Of a DNA stretch of 64,000 nucleotides, positions 1-11,028 are shown in pieces. The stretch comes from Octopus sinensis (Eukaryota): positions 18,352,001 to 18,416,000 of the forward strand of contig NC_043012.1 of assembly GCF_006345805.1 (NCBI RefSeq). The letters are read 5' to 3'. The notes under the pieces are model-generated. The model did not search any database. It had not been told where the DNA came from and worked only from the letters and a program-made list of their open reading frames with translations. Every line of letters begins with the position of its first letter. Position 1 is the first letter of the stretch. Both the position numbers and the translations under genes were made by a program.

Positions 1-116
1 AACCGGCCAGAAGCTACAGTAAAACATACTTGTCCAAGGTAACACGATATGAAACTGATCCCGGAATCCTGTCATTCGGATGCAGTTTTCTTACTACACA
101 GCTTGGTCTGTGCCTA

Positions 117-117
<1 letters not shown>
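1..117 (-). mobile_element. Degraded 5' head of tRNA/CORE-type SINE (family 1), cut by the window edge
   Basis: Reverse complement TATAGGCACAGACCAAGCTGTGTAGTAAG...TTACCTTGGACAAGTATGTTTTACTGTAGC aligns with the head of the intact copies at 47301 and 61204. Confidence 0.65.

Positions 118-169
<52 letters not shown>
117..169. repeat. (TATC)n microsatellite, left flank of the Tx1-like LINE
   Basis: Perfect TATC run directly visible. Confidence 0.98.
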
Positions 170-1979
170 GAGAAACTGGTCGACAAGGCGCAAACATGCG
201 CCGTGCCAGGCCGGACCATCCATGACAACCTCCATCTGATGCGCTACATCATAGACAGGGTAGTTAACGAACCTGGCATGGGTGGGGCCCTGATCAACTT
301 GGATCAATCGAAAGCCATTGATAGGGTAGACCATCGATACTTAGAGGCAGTCCTGAGAGCGGCTGGTTTCGGTCCCGTCTTCCGCGGCTGGATAGCTGCC
401 TTGTACAGAAGCATCCGTTCGGTAATTCGCGTAAATGGACATCTATTGAGACCTTTCGACATTGCACGTTCGGTCCGTCAGGGATGCCCCCTCTCGGCGC
501 TTCTATACGTATTGACTCTTGAGCCACTACTGCGGAAGCTGGCGACTCTAAGGGGCATCCCGTGAGAATTGGGATGCGGGACGAGCGTGTCTGCATACGC
601 GGACGACGTCACCGTCATAGTGTCTAGCCACGAGCACATCGAGCTGGTCGGCGAGACACTGAAAAACCACGAAGCGGTGACAGGAGCGAAAATCAACCGG
701 GAAAAGTCAGTGGGCTTGCGACTAGGCACCTGGAGAAGCAAGCCCATGCCGTCCACCAGCGCCTCCGTCGTGGGACGCTGGACCGACGGCCCGGTTGAGT
801 TCTCGGGGTCTGGTTTGGTCCGGACCTCCAAGTGGAGAAGAACTGGAACGAGATAACGAGTAGGGTGGTCACTCTCGCCCGGCAATGGCCGAGAGGAAAC
901 TGTCCCTAAAAGGTCGAGCGGAGGTGGCGAACACGTACATCGCGTCCGTCATCTACTACCGCCTGACCGTCGTACCTTGTCCCGACCCTACCATCACCAA
1001 ACTACAACGCATCCTCTTTCGCTTCTTGTGGAAAGGATGCGTCCCGATGGTCAGGCGATCCATTTGCTGTCAACACCCGTTAAAAGGAGGGCTGGGCATG
1101 CCGTGGTTGATGATGCGCAGACATGCGCTGAGACTGCGACATCTCTGGCTCTATGTAGACGACGGTGAACAGGTGTGGTCGCCGTTTGTGAGACACGCTT
1201 TCCCGCAGCTCATCTCCATGACTGAACTGCAATCGTGGATCAAAAAGAGGCCAAGGAAGGGCGAATGGCACCGCGAGTGACGCATTGCTCTCAAGTAACT
1301 CTGCCGTCCTGGGTCAACCTTGAGTGACTCCATCACAACCAAAGCATTCTATAGGGGATTAGTGGAGGGGAGGTACGACGACGAGCTCAGGGCGAACCTA
1401 GACGTCGACGAGGAATACATGACCCGCCTTTTCGGGACGACTTTCGGGCCAGGGCCCATGGACAACTTCCAGGGATCCCTGGCCTGGCGGTGCTACCGAG
1501 AAGCGCTACCCGTTCGGGATAAGCTCTACAGACACGGCTCGAGAAACACGGGGCCGACCTGCCCGAGATGCGGTCAGAGCGACGAAACCGTTCTGCACGC
1601 ACTCGTTCAGTGTCCAACAATTTCCGACCTGTGGGCTTATGTCGAACAACTGCTGTCACGTGTGGGACGAGTCGGTTTATCAGCTGAGTCTATCGTCAAT
1701 ATTGTCACGCCTCCTTCCTTCAAACGGGAAGGAAGAGCTATTTCCATCATCCTTGTGGCTATGGCGAAAGAATGTATCTGGTGGACGCGTCTGAAAGGAT
1801 TGGAGACAAACACTTTCCTCTCTGGTCAATCTATCATCAACTTCTTCAAGTACCACTTGAAAAGGAAAGTGAGAGTAGAGAGGCAAGTTTTGTCTAGCGA
1901 ATGTTTTAAAAAAAGATGGGTGAATGTAGCAAGAATGGCACGTATGAATGACGAAGCCACCTTGAGCATAGTCCTATGA
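170..1979 (+). pseudogene. Disrupted ORF2 (reverse transcriptase plus C-terminal zinc knuckle) of the Tx1-like LINE
   Basis: ORF pieces 80-565, 569-856, 885-1280 and 1320-1979 are collinear parts of one protein. They are broken by TGA at 563-565, a frameshift near 800-810 and stops near 1278-1298. The endonuclease domain is absent. Confidence 0.9.
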
Positions 1980-2347
1980 ACCCAGAAATCGAAAACAGAG
2001 TGTTGCTTATTTGCAAAAAAAAAAAAAAAAAAGAAATATAACATGTGACTTCATTGACCGAGGTTACCGTGATCTTTTCCGTAGGCTTTTCTTTCCACGG
2101 GTAAACCTCACCTGTCCTCCCCTTTACACTTCATATTGACATTTCTGTGATAACGATCCCTATTGATCAATTTTTTTCCTCTCCCCCTTTTTTTTAACCC
2201 CCCCTTTTTTGTCCTCTTTCTCTCCTTTTACGATCCCTTTTGATCGAAACTCCCCCCTTCCTTTTTTTTTTTAACCCTTCAAAAGAAAAGCTCTACCTTG
2301 TAATTTGTTCTATCTGTGTGCAGCCCTGTGTGGCTAATAAAGAAACA
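170..2347 (+). mobile_element. 5'-truncated Tx1/L1-group non-LTR retrotransposon
   Basis: GC-rich block. RT motifs QTCAVPGRTIHDN, LDQSKAIDRVDH, VRQGCPLSALLY, AYADDV (YADD at 596-607); then LSLKGRAEVAN and KGGLGMP; C-terminal CPRC-x8-H-x4-C knuckle. Pyrimidine-rich 3' UTR ends in AATAAAGAAAC. Confidence 0.92.
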
Positions 2348-2368
2348 TATCTATCTATCTCTCTCTCA

Positions 2369-2427
<59 letters not shown>

Positions 2428-2445
2428 CATCTTTCTGTCTGTCTG
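2348..2445. repeat. (TATC)n grading into (TGTC)n, right flank of the Tx1-like LINE
   Basis: Directly visible; same motif and strand as the left flank. Confidence 0.95.
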
Positions 2446-3626
2446 TATGTGTGTATGTCTGCCTATCTCTTTCGCTATATATCTATGTGTTAAGTCAGAT
2501 GTATAGAGAAATATGCACACAGATTGGTCGATACATAAATAGATAACTGAGTGGGTATGTAGAAAGCGTGTAGCGAAAATGTTTTTGTTTTCTTAAATGA
2601 ATGGAACTGAACTTCATTGTAGAAAGCAAGAAATTTATCTGCAGTTTGCTACCGTTCTCGCTGCTGGTTTCAATGGATGAAAAGTATTCTTACCAATATA
2701 TATTGGGCGAGGTTGATTCGGTTATTGAGAGCTATGTTTAATGGCTATAAATATCAAGTAGCGTATGTCACATAGTCAAAAATATCAGTTTCACTGTCTG
2801 TTTTACTTCATCAGCTTCATATTATCTACTCCGACATCTTTATGCTTCAAATGAATTAGCAAATGATATAACCGTAGATCAAGTTTTGATATAACTTTTG
2901 TATTCATAAATCATTAGTTTTGAAGATAAAGAACAATAGCCGTGATATGTTTAGTGTTAAAATTCTTAATGTAATCCACACACTTAGGTTCTCTTTTTTC
3001 CCCAGCACATTCCTCAATCCATCTTTTTATCTTTGTGTAGGATTACATTAGAAGAATTATTATACTCTATAAGACATGAGACTGAATTAGATTTAGTTAA
3101 GTGTATAATTAAGATGATATATGTCCCGGTATTTATAGAATGATCTATGATACAAGAGATATATTATAAATCAGCTTTAGATGAATGGATAAAATTGTTG
3201 ATGTGATAAAGGACGAAGTGTTTATTATAGCTGATTAAAAACGAAAAGAACTGATCTAAACATAAGTAACGTTGTTTCGTCTAGTTCTTAAGCTGAATAA
3301 GATGGCGCGAGAAACAACTTGATGTACAGGAAAACTAATCCATTATACATGGCTCGCCGCTTTCCACTGATATGCATTTCTACAAGTTAAACTGAATAAA
3401 TGGTTTCTTTTTGTTGGGGGATTATTTTCATAATGAGAGTGCTTGAAACTTGGCTGTCTGACCGTACAGCGTTCAAAGGAAAAAAGGGATTGTTATTAGA
3501 GAATTGTGATCCCAACTTGTAAGCATAATTGTATGAAATGACATCACTGAACGTCTAGCAAAACAAATCTAGTTAAGGTGAACATATTTCCACTAATTAA
3601 ATGCACTCAATATAAATAAATAAATA

Positions 3627-3656
3627 AACAACAACAACAATGACAACAACAACAAC

Positions 3657-3706
<50 letters not shown>

Positions 3707-3767
3707 TAATAATGATAATAATAATGATAATAATAATGATAATAATAATGATAATAATAATAATCAT

Positions 3768-3800
<33 letters not shown>
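3627..3800. repeat. (AAC)n/(AAT)n microsatellite
   Basis: Directly visible, with GAT interruptions. Confidence 0.97.
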
Positions 3801-3801
<1 letters not shown>

Positions 3802-4035
3802 CCCTGATGCAGTACCAGGCAGTGGCTCTCAAATGCCCTGATGCAGTACCAGGCAGTGGCTCTCAAATGCCCTGATGCAGTACCAGTCAGTGGCTCTCAA
3901 ATGCCCTGATGCAGTACCAGGCAGTGGATCTCAAATACCCTGATGCAGTACCAGGCAGTGGCTCTCAAATGCCCTGATGCAGTACTTGGCAGTGGCTCTC
4001 AAATGCCCTGATGCAGTACCAGGCAGTGGCTCTCA
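3798..4035. repeat. 7 x 34-bp tandem repeat AATGCCCTGATGCAGTACCAGGCAGTGGCTCTCA
   Basis: GCCCTG-equivalent positions at 3801, 3835, 3869, 3903, 3937, 3971 and 4005; five substitutions in total; no spacers. Confidence 0.97.
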
Positions 4036-4558
4036 TGACTTCTGATCTTAACTGATTGGAAGTGTTATCATGTACATTGTTTTGTCTTGGTATAAAAGAT
4101 GGGCTACAGCAAATATTCTGCTCAATACAACAGATTTGCTTGTCAGTTGTTTGACCTTAACCAGTTGAGCATGTCCCTTAGTGGCTGACGATACGTGCAT
4201 CTCTGATCACGAGCAGAAGTAGTGGGGGAGCATCATAGCCATGTGTTGAGAAGGATTCTTTGGGGTTTGAATAATTCACCTCTGGAAACATGGGTGTTTC
4301 GTTCACCGTCCTTAAACAACCCTTATTCAGGGACCTTTTGAGCGGGATGGGTTACTCGATCTGAAGAAAATTCTAACTGGGCTCCACCTGCAAGGTCATG
4401 TGCTGTTTATCTTGATATGAGATCACCATGTCGCGCACATATGGTTGTGATGCATGTGCCTGGTGTACCCTTATCAGCCGGGTAGTCATGATGGGTATAC
4501 TGGGCTTCGTATATTTTACCCCAGTGTCACTTTGATGGCATGCTCTGCTCGCTCACTC
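3801..4558. mobile_element. Putative non-autonomous interspersed element inserted in (AAT)n
   Basis: Higher-GC, non-coding block with sharp boundaries against in-phase (AAT)n tracts on both sides; no TIRs or ORF seen. Confidence 0.6.
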
Positions 4559-4648
4559 AATAATAATAATAATAATATAATAATAATAATAATAATAATA
4601 TATAATAATAATAATGATAATAATGATAATAATAATGATAATAAATAA

Positions 4649-4680
<32 letters not shown>

Positions 4681-4687
4681 TAATAAT

Positions 4688-4722
<35 letters not shown>

Positions 4723-4783
4723 TTAATAATATAATAATAATAATAATAATAATGATGATAATAATATAATAATGATAATAATG

Positions 4784-4824
<41 letters not shown>

Positions 4825-4921
4825 TTAATAATAAATAATAATAATATATTAATAATAATAAATAATAATAATAATATAATATAATAATAATAATAATAAT
4901 AATGATGATAATAATAATAAT
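4559..4921. repeat. Long (AAT)n microsatellite
   Basis: Directly visible. Confidence 0.98.
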
Positions 4922-5066
4922 TGAGAAACAATATGTAAAAATAGCTGGAGCATTCAGACAAAATTTATGCATTTTGGACTAGGAAGATACTTGACATTTC
5001 CATCGCGAATAAGACTGTCGATAACAGACTAGACAAACTATAAAATATATGTTTCTGATATGTACG

Positions 5067-5068
<2 letters not shown>

Positions 5069-5140
<72 letters not shown>

Positions 5141-5250
5141 TAGATATATATATATATATGTGTGTGTGTGTGTATGTGTGTCTCTCTGTATGTATATGTA
5201 TATCTATCTATATATATATATATATCTATACATATTTACATATATATATA
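5069..5250. repeat. Compound (TA)n/(TG)n microsatellite
   Basis: Directly visible. Confidence 0.95.
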
Positions 5251-6809
5251 AAACGTTTGTGAAAAGTTTTACAAATCCAATGCAAAGTATCTTTTAACAG
5301 TAGAATGTTTAACAACGGAATAGTTTTCCACAAAAATAACTTCGAACACACCTTCTTTAAAAAAACTTATTGAATGGAAAGAAAGAATTCACGGTAGCAG
5401 TATATGACAACACAACTATTATTTTTCTATCTGAAATTGACACACACAAGGACAAACGTAAAGGAAGATAATCTAATTATGCATTGGCAAAGCCACTGCG
5501 GCCTTCTTTGTGACTTGTGCAGAACAGTTTGAGGCAGTTTCAATGAAGTCTCCCGCATCGGTTGATACGTATGACAAAATATATATTGTTAAAACTTTAT
5601 GCGTGAAGGAAAACAAAATTAGTATGCTTCATGACCGTTGATAAATTTCACATATCTCGGACAAAATGCACAAGAATTATTACTAGATATATTGCTAACA
5701 ATTTTGTCACTTGGCTCGCATCGAATACTCTAGGAAAATGGATATGTGCAAAGCAGAAAATTAGCTGGATTGTCCTCCCTGGTAGTCGTTCAGAAATTGC
5801 ATCTGGTACGCATACGTATTTAAAAGAGAGTTAAATTTTTTCAGTTCAGATGAGCTGGACAAGCTAATCGAGAGAAAATCGGCTTCTGTTAAACAACCAC
5901 TGTAATGGCTTCATAACAACTGCCTTCAAAGTTATCAGGGAGCCCTCTTCTGCTTTAATTCCAAAATCTGACAAGCTCGTGAAAAATTGCGGCGACACCC
6001 ATCATATACGAAAATAAACATAAATAGTAACAGGTGATATGTTTAGGGAGCCAAGAGAGGAACCAGTATATACTGTAGAAGAGATTCTGGATTAAGATTA
6101 AGGAACATCGGTATTCATGCACTTGCCCGGGGGAGCAACACAACAAATTTAATCAAAACCGGGAAGCAGAAACATCTGTTGTTGCCACTAACCTAAATAT
6201 TTGTAAGTTGAGAATTTGTGAGGATAAATGTATGAAAATAAATATGCCAGAAACTAACAACAGAACCAAAATGGATGGCATGCACATGATTTTTTTTTCG
6301 TTCTTGGCTTTCACCTAAACAGATTTTCTTATATTTATAACTTATTTCTAACACAGATAAGAACTTAGCACAACTTACTCTAGGCATAAACAGAGGAATT
6401 CTTATAAATTTGTCAACTGAACAAGTTTAGTTTAAAGCTCACCTATATTTATATGAATCATCTCAACACACACTTGCCCTAACCTGTGTCCTTTCACATA
6501 CTACAATACTTGTGGCCGGTTATTTTCCGTGTATTACCCGACAAAAATTGTAATTGCATAGTTTCAACCAGTACAGTTATTCAGAATACACAATAACAGC
6601 CTGTCATTAACATTGCATTTCTCTTTGGTTATTTTCTTTCTTCTAGATGGAAAGGGGAATTTTTCCCGAAATATTTTAAAAACATTAAACAAACTAATAA
6701 GGGAATACAGTATCAGTTCTTATTGCTTCCTTTCGATGACGTCATTTTACTCATTTCACCTAACTTGAAAGCTAAAAAAATATTTTTTAAATCTTTCATT
6801 TCCACAGGT

Positions 6810-7084
6810 TGCTGCTGCTACTGCTACCACTACTGTTGCCACTACTGCTGCTGCTACTGCTGCTGCTACTACTGCTGCTACTACTGCTGTTGCTGCCTCT
6901 ATTTTTCATGGACCTTTTCCCTCTTGTACTTGTTCTTCTTGTTCTTGTTATTTTGTTGTTGTTGCTGTTGTTGTAGTTGTAGCTTTTGTTGTTATTGTTC
7001 TTGTTGCTGTTGTTGTTGTTGCTCTTCTTCTTCTTCTTCTTCTTCTTCTTTTCCTCATCATCATCATCATCATCATCATCATCA
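6810..7084. repeat. Compound trinucleotide microsatellite (CTG/CTA, TTG, TTC, CAT)
   Basis: Successive triplet tracts; these explain the poly-C/S/H/D/K ORFs. Confidence 0.92.
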
Positions 7085-7609
7085 ACGTAGTGGTAATCAT
7101 AAGACACTATAATGTATAGTTTTCTTTGAGAGTGAATTGAAGAGAAAGCGTAATTAATGAATAGGAGGGAATGACGAAGGCGGAAGTTGTTGACAGCTTG
7201 ACAAGGTGTCCTGTGATTCGTGTCTGCTCATTGCAGATCATCTACTGGGTTTATATCCGTAATAGTTAGACATTCGCATAATGAGTATAGTGTAAGTGAC
7301 AATAGTTCAGATAATCTGAATAGATGTTGTTACTCGAAAAGTAAGATCTTTCACATGGCTCTATGATTGACATACGAAATAAGCAGCACTTGGTCGATTA
7401 GAAAACAATGTGATCAATAAACGTATTAATAGTTAGTGTTACCAAATGGCATATTGAAGAACCAGGAACGGAGCAAAATATCTCATATAAATGAAAATTA
7501 TTTCATACATATTCACATGCTTCTATACATACTTAAACACACGCACACATACACTCATACACTCACACACACATATTATAGAGAGAGATAGATACTTATT
7601 CACATATTT

Positions 7610-7667
7610 TTTCATTCCTTTACTTATTTCAGGCATTTGACTGCGGTTATTCTGGAGCACCGCCTTA
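7610..7667 (-). mobile_element. 3'-tail fragment of SINE family 1 or of a LINE sharing that tail
   Basis: TTTCAGGCATTTGACTGCGGTTATTCTGGAGCACCGCCTT is the reverse complement of the SINE 3' end. Confidence 0.7.
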
Positions 7668-8249
7668 TATCTATTTAGGAACAATAGGAGTCATAAATGC
7701 AATGAGAATCGTTGAAATATCATTTATTGATATATTTGAAGCTCTAACCGGTTTCACATTTTACACTGATTTTCAAAAAAATCAAATAGAAATCCTTTTC
7801 TTACATCGTAGCTGTCTTTTTTTTGCCTAGTGTTTGAAGCTTGACCTGTTTTTATAGGGAGCTCCTGACTTAAATTAGTATATGTTTTCAATAGTATTTG
7901 ATTGGTAGAGGGTAGTCACATGACAGGTCTTAGAAATTTCTGTAGGTTCCGCGCTACGTCAATGTGTTAGTATCAAATGACAATGTTTGCGTCCTAAGAA
8001 CCAGAACAACAACAAACACTTAGAGAAAAGATGGTTCTCATGAAATTCAGGATGGAAACCCAGCTATTTCAGCTAAGCGTAAATTCCAACGGCGTAAAAT
8101 TTTAAACGATTGATGCAGAAATGCAAGCAAAAATTTCAAAAGTATCCGAAGGCCGAGAAAATATTATTAAACTATAGAAAGAAAAATGTGAACACGAGAA
8201 ATAACATCCACTTCAACGGTGGGAAAGTAATGCACTTTAGTTCCCCAAT

Positions 8250-10090
8250 TATGAATCTCATTTTTAAAAAAAGTACTCTACCGAGAACCTATTCATAAAG
8301 GGTATGACGCACTACGAAAAGTTAAGCAATTACCAAAAATTAAAGACAAGGAATAAACACATGACTAAACACACTCATCCGCAGACAACAAAACGTTTTA
8401 ACAAACAAAGAATATGACTACTTGACTAATTATCTCACTTTGATTGCAAGACCCGCTAATTGTACGTTCTCCAGAAAATCCATAAGAATCAACTATTAGG
8501 AATGCATGTAAAAAACAACTTCAACTTGCATAAGCATAGAATATCCCACCGTCCTTAAATTCAGACCAAGCGTAGCAGACCGTAACTGTGAAACACACAG
8601 GCTGAGCAACTTTTTAGATATATTACTGAAATGTATGTTAAAATACATACCAAGCCTTGTAAGGTCTGACTTGGACGTGTTAAATCACCTCCCAAAATCC
8701 ATAAACAATGATACTATTATTGTATTTTGATGTTGTAAACCTACATACCACAATTTCGCATAAATATGGACTAGAAACAATATGATTCTGGCTTAAGTAA
8801 TTCCCTCATGAAAGTCTGGACTGAATTGAAAAAATGTTTCATCACTGAAGGATTAAAGTTGATCATCAAATACAACTTTTTTTTACTTCGATGGCAATAT
8901 TTACACATAAATATCTGAGATTACAATGGCGACAATAGATGTTCCGACGTACGCCAATGTAGTCATGGCATACAGGGAGGTCAAGATATATGAACAATCC
9001 AATTTAATAAGTGTCTTGAACTTCCACAGATATCAACTAGAAAACCGAAACGTTACTTAGATGACTGCCTAATCCTTTGGACGTAGACATTTGAACTACT
9101 TACTGATTTCAAAAAATCTAATCCTCAGAAACAATGATATTAACTTTACCATGGAATACAGTAAAACTCAATTATTTTCCCGGATATAATAATCATCAAA
9201 AGAGATAAAATCATTGAAACAGATGTTCACTACAAACAAATTCTAAACACTACTTACTATTCTCCTCATGCCATGCCAAACACACGAAGGATGATATCCA
9301 CTTTAATCTAGCAAGAAGAATCTGCATAATTGTTTCAAACCCTGAAACCCGCAATAAAATACCCCAGGGACTGAAGCAAGTACTACTTAAAAGACAATAC
9401 CCATTAATGCTAATAGACAACGAAATATATGCCAAAGCAATAAATATCGAAGAACTACGAAAAACGCTCCAGGTACACTCAATTATCTAACTTTTATTCC
9501 AACGCGAAACCTAAGAAGCACAGCGGTTTATAATATTATCCATCAGAACTTCCCACTACTTAAACAAGACCGAAGAATGAAACAAACATTTGAAATACAC
9601 AAAATAATCAAAAGCAAAAGACAATTAAATTCCTTCAAAAAATTCCTCATAAATCCTATATTATCTTCAACAATTCCTACACGAACAGTCAAAAAATGTG
9701 GTCGCCCCAATTTTGGGAGCTGCATCAATATTATTAAAGATACAACATGCAAATTCAAATCAGGACACACTTTTTCCGTCAAATATCACTTTACATGTTC
9801 TTCAAGGTATGTAATATACACTATGAAATGTCAAGTATGTAATGAAGATTACACAGATCATACAAAGCTTACTCTAAGAAATAGACTAACCATTCACCGA
9901 CAATAAATCCGATACACCAATACTAGACAGATTCCACTGAGTGGTCACATAGACATATATGCAAAAATAAGTCTGTTAAATTCTAGGTCTTCTCACACTT
10001 TCTATGTTTAGCGAATACTACAGATGAAGCGTAGATACACGAAGGAAATAGTTTCATACAAAAGTACAAACCCAGACTTGAAAAATTTAA
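8250..10090 (+). mobile_element. Degraded Penelope-like element (RT, Cys-rich linker, GIY-YIG; Neptune-like)
   Basis: Frame-broken motifs LKFRPSVADRNCETHRLSNFLDILLK (~8555), FDVVNLHT (~8727), RYLDDC (9051-9068), YLLFSSCHAKHTKDDIHFNLARRICIIV (~9251). ORF 9577-9906 has KCGRPNFGSC...FTCSSRYVIYTMKCQVCNEDY..HT..TLRNRLTIHR. Confidence 0.88.
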
Positions 10091-10538
10091 CAGAGTTCAT
10101 ATACAAATAAATATTCACACACGAAATTCATTCTACCACTTATCATGAGGAAGCAACACCGCTAACAGCCGCAACGTTAACCATTGCACTACATGAAATC
10201 GACTCCAGTCCACACTTTCCCATTAGATAGATTAATTATGGATTGCTTTGAGTATAACTAAACATGGTCACTCAACTGTGTCGGCCTTCTTTTCAGGCGC
10301 AAAATGTACTGCCACGTGAAACTAACACATGAATGCAGTGGGAAACGCACAGAAGTTTAGAAACTTAACCATGTGTTCATTCTCTACGAACACTTGACAG
10401 AAAAATTCAGAGAATTGATAGTACGGACTTGTTCAGTCAACTGTGTCAGCTTTAACTTACGACGCCAAACATTTTCACTTGATACTAATACATGGGCATA
10501 GGAGGAACCTACATAAATTTCTATACCAACATTTTTAT

Positions 10539-10575
<37 letters not shown>

Positions 10576-10580
10576 CATAT

Positions 10581-10949
10581 TTCCTTTTATTCTTTTATTT
10601 GTTTCAGTCATTTGCATGCGGCCCTGCTGGAGCCCCGACTATAGTCGAAGAATTTAACTCTAGCACCTTTGTAAGCATAGTACTTATTGTATCAGTCTTT
10701 TTGCCGAACCGCTATGTTTCGTAGACGTAAATACAGTAACATCGGTTATCGATTGACTGCGGGGAGGGCAAAGAAACACACACACATACGACAGGCTTCT
10801 TTCAGTTTCCGTCTACGAAATCCACTCACAAGGCGTTGGTCGGCCCGAGGCTGTAGCAGAAGACAATTGCCCAAGGTGCCACGCAGTGGGACTGAACGCG
10901 GGTTCTGTGTGGCTGGAAAGCAAACTTCTTACCATACAGCCACGCCTGG
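10581..10949 (-). mobile_element. SINE family 1, full-length diverged copy
   Basis: Head (CCCAAGGTGCCACGCAGTGGGACTGAAC on +), central CA tract and tail (TTTCAGTCATTTG) are all collinear with the other copies. Confidence 0.88.
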
Positions 10950-10977
10950 TACACATATATACATAAATACCTATATA

Positions 10978-11028
<51 letters not shown>

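Noticed and set aside
294-1886. Antisense ORFs over the Tx1-like LINE
   Set aside because: A by-product of high GC content opposite a coding frame; no recognisable motifs.
3798-4035. CRISPR array (34-bp hairpin-forming repeats)
   Set aside because: Units are directly adjacent with no spacers, there are no cas genes, and the context is eukaryotic repeat DNA.
6723-7112. Cys/His-rich metallothionein-like or keratin-associated-like protein
   Set aside because: It is a compound trinucleotide repeat, open on both strands, with no gene structure.
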